The notes under the pieces are model-generated. The model did not search any database. It was not told the DNA's origin and saw only the letters and a list, made by a program, of their open reading frames with translations. A program made the translations under genes and the position numbers. From an uncultured Methylomirabilota bacterium (lineage in GTDB: Bacteria > Methylomirabilota > Methylomirabilia > Methylomirabilales > 2-02-FULL-66-22), in NCBI GenBank assembly GCA_963705305.1, contig OY970067.1, positions 3,968,001 through 4,032,000 on the forward strand: 64,000 nucleotides of DNA. Reading direction: 5' to 3'. Below are positions 50,322-59,907 of the stretch, one piece after another (position 1 is the stretch's first letter; the number at the start of each line of letters is the position of its first letter).

Positions 50322-51727
50322 AAGAGATCGAGGTGCTCATCGTCGGGGCCGGTCCGGCAGGCATGGCGGCAGCGATCGAGGCGACCAAAGCGGGTGCGCA
50401 GGTACTCATGTTAGACGACAGCGCCGAGCCCGGCGGGCAGATCTATCGGCAATTTCATGCCGGTTTCCGGGTCACGGATGGCAGCATGCTGGGCCATGAT
50501 TACGAGCGCGGACAAGAGTTCCTCCGAGAGTTCAGCTCTGTCGCCGACCGCGTGCGGTTTCTGGACGAGGCGCTGGTGTGGGGCATCGCGCCAGAGAACG
50601 AGGTCAATTTCATCCGGCAGGGCCAGTCATGCGGCATCCGCTACCGCCAACTCCTGATTGCGGCCGGCGCCTATGATCGGCCCGTACCGTTTCCGGGATG
50701 GACCCTCCCGGGCGTTTTCACGGCGGGTGGCGCGCAGCGGTTGATCAAGAATCAGCGGGTCCTGCCCGGCGAGCGGATCCTGCTGGCAGGCACGGGGCCG
50801 TTGCAGCTAGCCATTGCCAACCAGATCTTGGACGCCGGAGGCAGGGTGGTCGCAATTGCCGAGGCTGGCAATATCGACCGGTGGATGAGCCTGGCTCGCA
50901 GCGCCTGGGGGCAGTGGGCGCTGATCGCCGATGCCTGGCGCTACTGGTCCGGGATTCGCAAGGCAGGCATCCCCCTCTGGCGTGAACACACCATTGTGGA
51001 GGCGCGCGGGGACGGCCACGTTGAAGAGGCCGCACTGGCGCGGGTAGACGCGGAGTGGCGGCCGATTGCCGGCACGGAGCGCCGGGTCGCGGTGGATACG
51101 ATCTGTTTGGGGTACGGCTTTGTTCCGTCGGTGGAGTTGACCCGTCTGGCAGGGTGCGAACACCGCTACGACCCGCTCCTGGGCGGATGGCTCCCGGTCC
51201 GCGGGGATGACATGGAGACGACCACACCCCACGTGTACGCGGCCGGTGATTGTGGCGGTGTGGCCGGTAGCTTCGTGGCGATTGAAGAAGGGCGGATCGC
51301 CGGGATCGCTTTGGCTCGGGATGTGGGCCGACTGTCGACCGAGGAGGCCCGGAGCCGCATGGCGCCGAGCCGCGAGCGATTGGCTGGACTGCTACGGCTC
51401 CGCCAGACGCTGGACGAGATTTCCCGGCCACGCGCCGGCCTATACGAACTGGCCAAAGACGACACGATCATTTGCCGCTGTGAAGAGATTACCTTAGGCG
51501 AGGTCAAGGCGGCATTGGCAGAGGAGATCCGCGACCTCAACGAACTCAAGCGCACAACGCGCGCGGGGATGGGCAACTGCCAGGGTCGAATGTGCGGGCC
51601 GGCCCTGCAGCAGGTCGTGGCGCATGCCAAGGGCATCGCGCCGGCCGAGATTGGCCCGCTTCACCCCCGCCCCCCCATCCGGCCTGTGCCACTGACGGCG
51701 CTCGCCGGCCACACCGAGATGGTGTAG
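50318..51727 (+). CDS. FAD/NAD(P) oxidoreductase with BFD-like Fe-S tail (HcnB/OoxA-like)
   Basis: GAGPAG, FPGWTLPGV, ICRCEEI, GMGNCQGRMC. Confidence 0.92.
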   Translation: MKEIEVLIVGAGPAGMAAAIEATKAGAQVLMLDDSAEPGGQIYRQFHAGFRVTDGSMLGHDYERGQEFLREFSSVADRVRFLDEALVWGIAPENEVNFIRQGQSCGIRYRQLLIAAGAYDRPVPFPGWTLPGVFTAGGAQRLIKNQRVLPGERILLAGTGPLQLAIANQILDAGGRVVAIAEAGNIDRWMSLARSAWGQWALIADAWRYWSGIRKAGIPLWREHTIVEARGDGHVEEAALARVDAEWRPIAGTERRVAVDTICLGYGFVPSVELTRLAGCEHRYDPLLGGWLPVRGDDMETTTPHVYAAGDCGGVAGSFVAIEEGRIAGIALARDVGRLSTEEARSRMAPSRERLAGLLRLRQTLDEISRPRAGLYELAKDDTIICRCEEITLGEVKAALAEEIRDLNELKRTTRAGMGNCQGRMCGPALQQVVAHAKGIAPAEIGPLHPRPPIRPVPLTALAGHTEMV

Positions 51728-51848
51728 GTGGAGCGACGGGGGCGCCGATCTGGGCGCGACACTGTTGATTGCTGCTAGCGGGAGTCGGACATGTCGAAGC
51801 GCGGGGGAGCGCCTGACGAGTGGCTCGAAAACGAGGGAGAATGCATCC

Positions 51849-52949
51849 ATGCCTGACGTGAAGAGTGCCGATGCTGTGGTCATCGGGGGGGGCGCCCGGG
51901 GGGGCTCGATCGCCCTGGCCCTTGCCCGTGCCGGCGTCCGGGTCGTGCTGGTAGAGCGCCGCACCATCGGGGACTTGTCCTCCACCGGCAATGGCGCGCA
52001 GGTGAATGTCACGGCGAAGGAGCCGGATCACTACACGGCCATGAGCCTTCGCAGCGCGCGCATGTATCCGGAGTTCATTGCCAGCCTCGACGCCGACGTC
52101 TTCCTGCAGCAGGAAGGCCTGCTCTTTGCCACCGCGAGTCCAGCGGAGATGGATTCCTTTCGCAAGCGCGTCGAGATCCGCAACCGGGTTCCGGGGCTGA
52201 AGGCCGAACTGCTGGACGCGAAAGCGGCGCGCGCCATTCTGCCGGCCCTGGGCCCGGAGGTCATCGGGGGATACATCGCCCGGGCCGATGGCCGGGTGGA
52301 TGTCCTCCAGTTATTGCCCGCAATCGGGCGGGCTGCCCGGAAAGCCGGCGCCGTGATCCTGCGCGGGACGGAAGTCCTAGGGATCGAAGTCGGTGGCGGG
52401 CGCGTGCAAAAGGTCCGCACGAATCGGGGGACGATCGCCACCCCCGTCGTGGTCAATGCGGCCGGCGTGCACGTGCCTCACATCGGCCGCATGGTCGGCC
52501 TCTCCATCCCGGTGGATCCGGAGCATGGGCACATGGCGATCACGCAGGCGGCTCCGCCCTTGTTGCCCATCCCGACTCAACACGTGGCGCAATGGCCCAA
52601 CGGCAGCTTTTCGATCGGCACGAGCAACAAGAATGCGGGCCTGGACAATGCCACACGGCCGGAATGGCTGCCACCCTTTCTTCAAGAGGCGCTGCGCCTG
52701 ATTCCGGCCCTCCAGATGGTGAATGTCCTCCGGGTGTTCGCGCATCTCCGGCCCATGCCGCCGGATCGCCTGCCGATCTACGATCGGGTGCCGGGTCTGG
52801 AAGGGTTCTACATCGCGGTGGGGCATAGCGGCATCACGCTGGCGCCGCTCACGGGGAAGATCTTCACGGATTGGATCGCGACCGGAAAACCAGATATGGA
52901 CTTGACACCGTACGCGCTGAGTCGGTTCGCGGCCAACCGCCAGAACTGA
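51849..52949 (+). CDS. FAD-dependent D-amino acid oxidase-family subunit (HcnC/OoxB-like)
   Basis: VIGGGARG, VVNAAG, LRPMPPD, GHSGITLAP. Confidence 0.9.
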   Translation: MPDVKSADAVVIGGGARGGSIALALARAGVRVVLVERRTIGDLSSTGNGAQVNVTAKEPDHYTAMSLRSARMYPEFIASLDADVFLQQEGLLFATASPAEMDSFRKRVEIRNRVPGLKAELLDAKAARAILPALGPEVIGGYIARADGRVDVLQLLPAIGRAARKAGAVILRGTEVLGIEVGGGRVQKVRTNRGTIATPVVVNAAGVHVPHIGRMVGLSIPVDPEHGHMAITQAAPPLLPIPTQHVAQWPNGSFSIGTSNKNAGLDNATRPEWLPPFLQEALRLIPALQMVNVLRVFAHLRPMPPDRLPIYDRVPGLEGFYIAVGHSGITLAPLTGKIFTDWIATGKPDMDLTPYALSRFAANRQN

Positions 52950-52980
52950 TTCGAAGCGCGACGGACCCGAGGAGGCACAC

Positions 52981-53595
52981 ATGTCCGAGCAGCCCTCGAT
53001 CCCCCAAGCCAACACGGCAGTCCTCTTTAACGACATGATTAATGGCAACCTGCGCACCAAGAGCAACGCCGAACACAATAAGCTGATTGAAGCGAGCGGG
53101 CTCATCAGGAACTCGGTCCGCTTGGTCGCGCGCGCGCGCGAGCGCCAGATTCCGATCGTCTGGATCCGAGTCGAGCGCCGGGCTGATTACGCAGATGTCG
53201 TGTTCCCCCTGACGGATGCGTTCCTGGCCAGCGGCCGGAAACGGCCGGCGGCAACCGTGCACGGCTCGTACGAAGCGGCCAATGTGGACGAACTGCCGGT
53301 CCGCCCGGAGGATCAGGTGATCCTGAAGCCCCGCTTCAATCCATTCATCGGGACCGATCTTGACCTGCAACTCCGGGCGCGCAAAATCACGACCATTTTG
53401 TTTGGCGGGTATTCGACGAACGTCGGGGTGGAGAGTGGTGTGCGAACGGCCCGGGACCTCGGGTATGACGTGGTCGTGGTCAGCGACTGCTGCTACAACG
53501 TCCAGCAGGACATGCATGAATGGTCGCTCAAGAAGGTCATGCCGATCTTCGCGCGCGTGCTGACGACGGACGAGGTCTTCAAGCTCCTGGCCTGA
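52981..53595 (+). CDS. Isochorismatase-like cysteine hydrolase fold protein
   Basis: FNDMIN, ILKPRFNPF, STNVGVES, ARDLGY. Confidence 0.88.
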   Translation: MSEQPSIPQANTAVLFNDMINGNLRTKSNAEHNKLIEASGLIRNSVRLVARARERQIPIVWIRVERRADYADVVFPLTDAFLASGRKRPAATVHGSYEAANVDELPVRPEDQVILKPRFNPFIGTDLDLQLRARKITTILFGGYSTNVGVESGVRTARDLGYDVVVVSDCCYNVQQDMHEWSLKKVMPIFARVLTTDEVFKLLA

Positions 53596-53675
53596 GCGGG
53601 CAGGGTACTGCCCGTGCAGCTGCCCCGATCCGTTGGTCCGTCTGGGCGAGACGAGCCAAAGGCGGAAGGCGCTCC

Positions 53676-54011
53676 ATGAAGCCGTTAGCGACGAGGGCAC
53701 TGTGGTGTATCGGAAGTGCTGAAGGGCTCGGCTGTCTGAGTGCCGTCGTGATGCGCCTGCTGGGCCGTGCGTGGGAACGGTCAATCGGGGACACGCTCTT
53801 CGTAGAGGGCGCGCTTTTCCTCGTCGCTGCCGGCATGCTCGATCTCGCGCGATCCATCACGGCCCAACGGATTCGCGCCCTCTTACAGACGGGAGCGGCA
53901 CCGCCCGTTGTGGCCAAGTCGGGACATCTCGTGATTCTGGTGATCGTGGGTCTTCTCCTCTGTGGGCAGGGCATCCTCTTGGTGCACGTTCTCTCGCCAG
54001 GGGGCCGGTAG
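53676..54011 (+). CDS. Small membrane protein
   Basis: Three hydrophobic segments; in operon orientation. Confidence 0.55.
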   Translation: MKPLATRALWCIGSAEGLGCLSAVVMRLLGRAWERSIGDTLFVEGALFLVAAGMLDLARSITAQRIRALLQTGAAPPVVAKSGHLVILVIVGLLLCGQGILLVHVLSPGGR

Positions 54012-54044
54012 CGGTGCCGTGCCGATGACTCGAAAGGGGGTTTC

Positions 54045-55046
54045 ATGAAACCGATGACGGCCTGGGAACGGATCGCAGCCGCACTGCACGGGGCCGATGT
54101 AGATCGGATCCCCGTGGCCATGTGGAAACACTGGTTCCTGCAGGATCGGGCACCGGAGCGACTGGCCGAGCTGAACGTGGCACTCCAGCGGCAGTTCGAT
54201 ACTGACCTTATTAAGCTGACGCCCGGGAACCTGACCTACATCGAGGACTGGGGTGCCACTATCAAGTTCGGCACCCACGACGACCAAATCTCCGTGGCCG
54301 CCCGCCCTGCAGTCGCTTCGGCGAAGGAATGGCAAGATCTCCCACACTTGGAGGTGACAAGAGGGGCGCTGGGCCGGGAGCTGGAGACCATTCGGCTCAC
54401 AGCGAGCGCAGTCGGTGGTGCAGTGCCGGTGCTCATGACGATTTTCAGTCCCCTCACGATCGCGTACAAACTCTGCGGCGACAGTGTGTCCGGCGCACGC
54501 ATCGTGGAAGATCTCCGCAATGCCCCGCGCCAGGTTCACGCAGCGCTGGCACGCATCACAGACGTGCTCCGGGAGTATGTGGCGGCGTGTTTCACGGCGG
54601 GGGCGGATGGGTTCTTCTTCGCGACGCAACTCGCGACGGATGACCTGCTGAGTAGGGACGAGTACCGGGAGTTTGGAGTCCCTTACGATCTCCGCCTGCT
54701 GGAATCCATGCAGGGAAGATCGCGTCTGACGATGCTGCATCTCTGCAAAGGCCGCCGGCTGATGTTCGACCTGCTGGAGTCCTACCCGGTGGACACGATC
54801 AGCTGGGCGCATAAGACAAGCGAGCCCGGCCTGGCCGAAGCCCGGCGCTTGACAAAGAAGGCGCTGGCGACCGGGATTTCGCTCGAGACGCTCCACGGCG
54901 GTACGGAATCGGATGTGGTGGCAGAGGTGCGGGCTGCGGTGGCGGAGGCGGGGCGAAGTGGGTTCATCCTGGCGCCTGCCTGCGTGATCAAGGCCAGCGC
55001 CGCGGATCAGAATCTGCACGCCATGCGGCACGCGGTTGATCCCTGA
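54045..55046 (+). CDS. URO-D/CIMS-like barrel protein
   Basis: MTAWERI, DRIPVAMWKH, TIFSPLT, GADGFFFA, MLHLC, FILAPAC. Confidence 0.85.
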   Translation: MKPMTAWERIAAALHGADVDRIPVAMWKHWFLQDRAPERLAELNVALQRQFDTDLIKLTPGNLTYIEDWGATIKFGTHDDQISVAARPAVASAKEWQDLPHLEVTRGALGRELETIRLTASAVGGAVPVLMTIFSPLTIAYKLCGDSVSGARIVEDLRNAPRQVHAALARITDVLREYVAACFTAGADGFFFATQLATDDLLSRDEYREFGVPYDLRLLESMQGRSRLTMLHLCKGRRLMFDLLESYPVDTISWAHKTSEPGLAEARRLTKKALATGISLETLHGGTESDVVAEVRAAVAEAGRSGFILAPACVIKASAADQNLHAMRHAVDP

Positions 55047-55080
55047 GCCCTGGCGCCTTGCGCGGAGCGGGGCGGGAAAG

Positions 55081-56232
55081 ATGGAGGTCGGAATGCCTGG
55101 AGCGCAAGCGGATGTGGTAGTTATCGGTGGAGGTGTGCGGGGATGTTCCGTTGCGTACCACCTCGCCAAAAGGGGGGTGCAGGTCACGTTGGTCGAGAAA
55201 GACGGGATCGCCTCTGGCTGTTCGGGCGCGACCTTCGCCCTGATTAACATCTCGCATAAGGATCCAGCCCCATATGCGGCGCTCAGCCTGGAGAGCGCCC
55301 GACTCTTCGCCGGCCTGGAGGAAGAACTCGGAGAGGATCTCGATTTCCGGCCGGACGGCAACGTGTCCAGCTTGGTAGAGAACGAGAGCGAGCTTTCCGG
55401 ACTAGCGCAGTTCATCGAGCGGCAAAATCAAGTGCCCGGTCTGAAACTCGAACTCCTCTCGCCGGATGAGGCGCGAAGATTAGAGCCGGCGCTGACGCCG
55501 AATATCCTGGGCGCCTGCTTCTGTGCGCAGGACGGCCACATCAATCCGTACAAGCTCACCCTTGGATATGCGAGAGCGGCCCGTCGATGCGGCGCCAATA
55601 TACTCACCGGGACGAAGGTGACTGGGATCGAGCTGGACCATAACCGGGTTCGCGCCGTAGTGACCGACCGGGGCCGGATCCTCACCGACACGTTGGTCGT
55701 AGCGGCCGGCATCCACATGCCCGACATCGGCCGCATGATCGGGTTGACGATTCCCGTCGTGCCCTCGCGCGGGCAGGTGATCACGACCGAGCGCACACGG
55801 CGGGTGTTGAACCGGCCTGTCGGCTCACTGCGTCAGACCGATGACGGGACGGTGATCATTGGGGTGACGTATCAGTTCGTCGGGCCGGACCTTCGGATCG
55901 TATATGACGACATGACCCGGAACGCCCACCGGGCGTTGCGGCTCTTCCCTGGCCTAAGCCACCTGAACGTGATTCGGCTCTGGGCTGGCCTGCGCCCCTT
56001 CACGGTGGATGGGCTTCCGATTCTCGGCCCTGTGGGACATCTCCAGCGCGTTTACCTGGCAACCGGCCATAGCGGCATGACCCTCGCCCAGGTAACCGGC
56101 AAGGTCATCAGCGATCTGGTGGCTACGGGCAGCACGCCGGTGCCCATCCAAGAGTTCACGGTGGAGCGCTACAGTAGCGTCCGGTACAAGTTTGTCATGT
56201 CAGCGTATCAGCGGTGGCAGTCGGCTGCCTAG
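55081..56232 (+). CDS. FAD-dependent D-amino acid oxidase-family subunit
   Basis: VIGGGVRG, DGHINP, WAGLRPFTVDG, GHSGMTLA; start 55081 or 55093. Confidence 0.9.
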   Translation: MEVGMPGAQADVVVIGGGVRGCSVAYHLAKRGVQVTLVEKDGIASGCSGATFALINISHKDPAPYAALSLESARLFAGLEEELGEDLDFRPDGNVSSLVENESELSGLAQFIERQNQVPGLKLELLSPDEARRLEPALTPNILGACFCAQDGHINPYKLTLGYARAARRCGANILTGTKVTGIELDHNRVRAVVTDRGRILTDTLVVAAGIHMPDIGRMIGLTIPVVPSRGQVITTERTRRVLNRPVGSLRQTDDGTVIIGVTYQFVGPDLRIVYDDMTRNAHRALRLFPGLSHLNVIRLWAGLRPFTVDGLPILGPVGHLQRVYLATGHSGMTLAQVTGKVISDLVATGSTPVPIQEFTVERYSSVRYKFVMSAYQRWQSAA

Positions 56233-56248
56233 CGCAGAGGAGGCGGAA

Positions 56249-56542
56249 GTGAAAGGCACACCGCGGCGGTTGACGAAAAACATCGAGCGGGGCGGCACCG
56301 TGACAGTTACGGTGGACGGGCAGCCCATCGCGGCGCACCAGGGCGAGACCATTGCTGCCGTGCTGCTGGCGGCGGGGCGGCGGACGTTTCGGCATACGGT
56401 TCCCGGAGGGCACCCGCGCGGGATCTTCTGTGGGATCGGGCTGTGCTTCGACTGCCTTGTGGCGGTGGACGGTGTCCAGGTCCGTGCCTGTGTCACGCCG
56501 GTGCGCGAGGGCATGCAGGTCTCAACGGCATGCGCGCCATAA
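56249..56542 (+). CDS. 2Fe-2S subunit (HcnA-like), second copy
   Basis: GETIAAVL, CGIGLCFDC, RACVT. Confidence 0.9.
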   Translation: MKGTPRRLTKNIERGGTVTVTVDGQPIAAHQGETIAAVLLAAGRRTFRHTVPGGHPRGIFCGIGLCFDCLVAVDGVQVRACVTPVREGMQVSTACAP

Positions 56543-56611
56543 TCGATTTTTAACGACAATGAGTGGCCGGGACAGGCTCATGGATCGTCTTTGATTCAAG
56601 GAGGCACGGAC

Positions 56612-58015
56612 GTGCGCGAAGCCGAAATCGTGATTGTTGGGGGTGGGCCGGCCGGGCTGACGGCCGCGTTAGAAGCAGCGACGGCGGGTGGCGAGGTCGT
56701 GCTCATCGATGAATACCCGACGCTCGGCGGTCAGTATTACAAACAGCTCCCGGACGACTTCCGGCTCCACAGCGCCAAAGCCGAGGGCGCCGAGCTCAGC
56801 GAAGGGGCTGCGACGATCGACCGCCTCCGGGCCAGCAAGGTCGAGACGCTCGCGGGGGTGCTGGTCTGGGGAATCTTTGAGGATCGGACGTTGGCACTGT
56901 ATCGAAGCGACGCTACGGAACGGGTCCGGGCGCGCCAACTCATTCTCGCCCCCGGCGCGCAGGAGGTCCCGGTGGCGTTTCCTGGCTGGACTCTTCCCGG
57001 GGTGATGATGGGCGGGGCTGCACAAGGTCTGCTGGTGAGCCAGCGTATCCTACCCGGCGAGCGCGTAGTGATGGCCGGTGCTGGACCGCTCCAGCTCAAG
57101 GTGGCCAGCCAGTTCGTCGAGGCCGGAGCAGAGGTGGCGGCCGTACTCGAGGCATCAAGCAAGCCGCCTATGTCGATGGAAAACGCTCTGCGCGCTTTCG
57201 GCCACTGGGGCAAGATGCGGGAGGGATTGGACTACTGGCTAAAGCTGAAGAAGGCGGGTGTGCCATACCATGCGCATCAGGTGCCGGTCCGAGCCCTGGG
57301 AACCACGCAGGTGGAAGCTGTCGTCGTAGCCGAGGTCGACGCCGAGTGGCGAGTTGTTCCTGGGACGGAGCGGACGATCGAAGCAGACACACTCTGCCTC
57401 TCCTACGGGTTTCTCCCCGCGGTCCAGCTTCCCCGGCTGGCCGGGTGCCGGATCCAGTATGAGGCCGACTCGGGGGGTTGGATGACCTGGCACGATCAGA
57501 ACCAGGAGACGAGTGTGCCTGGTGTGTATGTCGCCGGGGAAGTCGGCGGGATTGGCGGCGCGGATGTGGCCGAAGAAGAAGGGCGACTTGCCGCAATTGC
57601 CGCCCTTCGGGCCCTGAACAAAGTGCCGCTGAACGGTCTCCGCAAGGAGGAGGAAAAGAGCCGGGTACGCTTGGCGGAGGCGCGAAAGTTTGCGCAACTG
57701 ACGCGGGACATGATGCGGCTCAAGCCGGCCCTGTTTGATCTCCCGACGGGCGAGACGATCGTCTGCCGGTGCGAGGAGATCTCCGTCGATGCCGTGCGCG
57801 CAGCGATTGCCGAGGGTGAGCCTACACTCCGGGGTGTGAAGATCCGAACGCGAGCCGGGATGGGGTACTGCCAAGGGCGGATGTGCGGCTATCTGATCTC
57901 ACAGCTGATTGCACGGCAAACCGGCATCACTCTGGACCGGATTGAGCTGGACACCCCGCGCCCGCCCGTGAAACCGATTCCGCTGAGTGCCCTGGCGGCA
58001 GGCGTGGATCGATAA
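56612..58015 (+). CDS. FAD/NAD(P) oxidoreductase (HcnB/OoxA-like), second copy
   Basis: GGGPAG, FPGWTLPGV, VCRCEEI, GMGYCQGRMC. Confidence 0.92.
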   Translation: MREAEIVIVGGGPAGLTAALEAATAGGEVVLIDEYPTLGGQYYKQLPDDFRLHSAKAEGAELSEGAATIDRLRASKVETLAGVLVWGIFEDRTLALYRSDATERVRARQLILAPGAQEVPVAFPGWTLPGVMMGGAAQGLLVSQRILPGERVVMAGAGPLQLKVASQFVEAGAEVAAVLEASSKPPMSMENALRAFGHWGKMREGLDYWLKLKKAGVPYHAHQVPVRALGTTQVEAVVVAEVDAEWRVVPGTERTIEADTLCLSYGFLPAVQLPRLAGCRIQYEADSGGWMTWHDQNQETSVPGVYVAGEVGGIGGADVAEEEGRLAAIAALRALNKVPLNGLRKEEEKSRVRLAEARKFAQLTRDMMRLKPALFDLPTGETIVCRCEEISVDAVRAAIAEGEPTLRGVKIRTRAGMGYCQGRMCGYLISQLIARQTGITLDRIELDTPRPPVKPIPLSALAAGVDR

Positions 58016-58097
58016 CTGGCCTCAGTGGCTTGGACCTCGCAATGTACGCAACGTCGGTTGTTCACCGGGAGTCTTTTACTCGAGGGAAAGAGGAGGG

Positions 58098-59891
58098 ATG
58101 GCCATGCGCAAGGACTCGCACGTAGGGCAGGGGCAAGGGGCACCGAAAGGCAAGTCGCGACGCATCTTCTTGAAAGGAGTCGGGGCCGCCGGGCTGCTGG
58201 CGGCCGCTCAGCCGCTGCGGAGCCGACCGGCCAAGGCGGCAGGAAAGGCGCCCTTCTTCAAGCTGTACATGATGATTCCCAATAATCAGCCCCCCCGCAT
58301 GGTCTGGGGGACGCTCGCCGCGCAGCAGATCCAAAAGCTCAACATCGAGGTGGTTACGAGCTTCGTGCCCTTCAGCGTGATCATCCCGCGGCGTACCGAG
58401 GGGAAGGGCAAGACCCACGTCGAAGGCGGCTGGGACTCCTACCTCGAGCGCTTTTACTACTATACCCTGCTTCCGGTTCCCAATACCCTGTTCCACAGCT
58501 CGGTCATCCCTCCGAACGGGATGAACTACTACTACATCGAGGACCCCGTGATCGACAAGGCCCTGGACGATTACGCAGGGGCGATGACGGAAGCGAAGCA
58601 CATAGATGCCATCCGGCGGTTCGAGAAGCGGTGGTACGACTACCAGCACATGCTCATCCTCTTCTACCCGCAGGATGTGATCGCAATCAATCCCAAGCTC
58701 AAGGGGTTTGACGGGACCACCTTCACGCCCGTCTACTTTCCACGGCCGGAGAACTGGACGATCGAGGGCGCCGGCGATAACGCCAGCGCCGCGTTTGCCA
58801 GCTGGCAGCCGCCCGAGCAGCTCCTCCCCATGAACGGCACCGGCTACAACCAGTCCAACGTCTATGGACCGGTGTACGACACGCTGCTGCAATACGATAG
58901 CTGGGAAAAGAAGAATCTGGTCCCGGCGCTCTGTGAGAGTTACACCATGTCAGGGAACGGGAAGCACTGGGTGCTCACGCTGCGCCAGGGGGTAAAGTGG
59001 CATAGCGGCGAGGAGTTCACGGCCCGAGACGTCAAGTGGTACTGGGATACGATCTTTGACAAGCGGTATGCAAGCGTGAACCAGGCCAACTGGCAGAACG
59101 TCTTCGGCTCCCCGGAAGCGTACAAGGTGACCGGCAAGTACGAGATCACCGTCGATCTTCCGAAATACAATATTCTCTTCCGTGATTTCATCATGGCATC
59201 GATTGCCATCATGCCCGAACACGTCTTCAAGGATGTCAAACCCGAGGCCCTCAACAGCCATCCCGCCAACACCTGGCTGGGGAGCTACACGGTCAAGACC
59301 TCGGACGGAAAGGAGTATACGGCCCACGGTGCCATCGGGACCGGCCCCTGGATCGCCACGGGCTTCGATCCGGCCAAGAAGGCCTACAAGATGGAGAAGA
59401 ACCCCAACTACTGGAAGAAGACCTCGGGCAATGTGAAGACGTTCTACGTCGTCAATATCCAAGGGACGGATGCGGTGCTGAGCGCCCTGAAGGCCGGCGA
59501 GATCGACGCCCATGATCCCATGTACGGCATCGAGAGCCTGGTGTCGACCATCGATCCCAAATGGGGGAAAGTGCTGAAGTTCGATTCCTACAAGTGGCAG
59601 CACATCTGCTTCAACCTTCGCCATCCGGTATTTGGCACCGGCAAGGAGACGCCCCTGGGCAAGAAGAATCCCGCGCGGGCGGCGGAGGCGGCCGCATACG
59701 TGCGGCAGGCGATGAGCCATGTGATGCCGCGCGAACAGATGGTGAGGGAGATCGTGGCCGGTGCCGGCGTGCCGGGTACGGTGCCCATTCCGTTCTCCTC
59801 GCGGGAATACGACAAGGACATCCTAAAGCCGATTGCCTATGATCTCGAGTTGGCCATGAAGTACATGGAAAAGGCTGGGTATAGGTACTGA
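58098..59891 (+). CDS. Tat-exported family-5 ABC substrate-binding protein with permuted motif order
   Basis: SRRIFLK twin-arginine signal; PALCES...LTLRQGVKWHSG signature and GTGPW. Confidence 0.9.
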   Translation: MAMRKDSHVGQGQGAPKGKSRRIFLKGVGAAGLLAAAQPLRSRPAKAAGKAPFFKLYMMIPNNQPPRMVWGTLAAQQIQKLNIEVVTSFVPFSVIIPRRTEGKGKTHVEGGWDSYLERFYYYTLLPVPNTLFHSSVIPPNGMNYYYIEDPVIDKALDDYAGAMTEAKHIDAIRRFEKRWYDYQHMLILFYPQDVIAINPKLKGFDGTTFTPVYFPRPENWTIEGAGDNASAAFASWQPPEQLLPMNGTGYNQSNVYGPVYDTLLQYDSWEKKNLVPALCESYTMSGNGKHWVLTLRQGVKWHSGEEFTARDVKWYWDTIFDKRYASVNQANWQNVFGSPEAYKVTGKYEITVDLPKYNILFRDFIMASIAIMPEHVFKDVKPEALNSHPANTWLGSYTVKTSDGKEYTAHGAIGTGPWIATGFDPAKKAYKMEKNPNYWKKTSGNVKTFYVVNIQGTDAVLSALKAGEIDAHDPMYGIESLVSTIDPKWGKVLKFDSYKWQHICFNLRHPVFGTGKETPLGKKNPARAAEAAAYVRQAMSHVMPREQMVREIVAGAGVPGTVPIPFSSREYDKDILKPIAYDLELAMKYMEKAGYRY

Positions 59892-59907
59892 GCAGTCGGC
59901 GCGAGCT

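Noticed and set aside
54045..55046. True hemE
   Set aside because: Lacks the RQAGR motif and has no heme-pathway context
50010..58015. Hydrogen cyanide synthase (hcnABC) assignment
   Set aside because: Same families, but an importer, duplicate sets and catabolic neighbours favour a degradative dehydrogenase; substrate cannot be read from sequence
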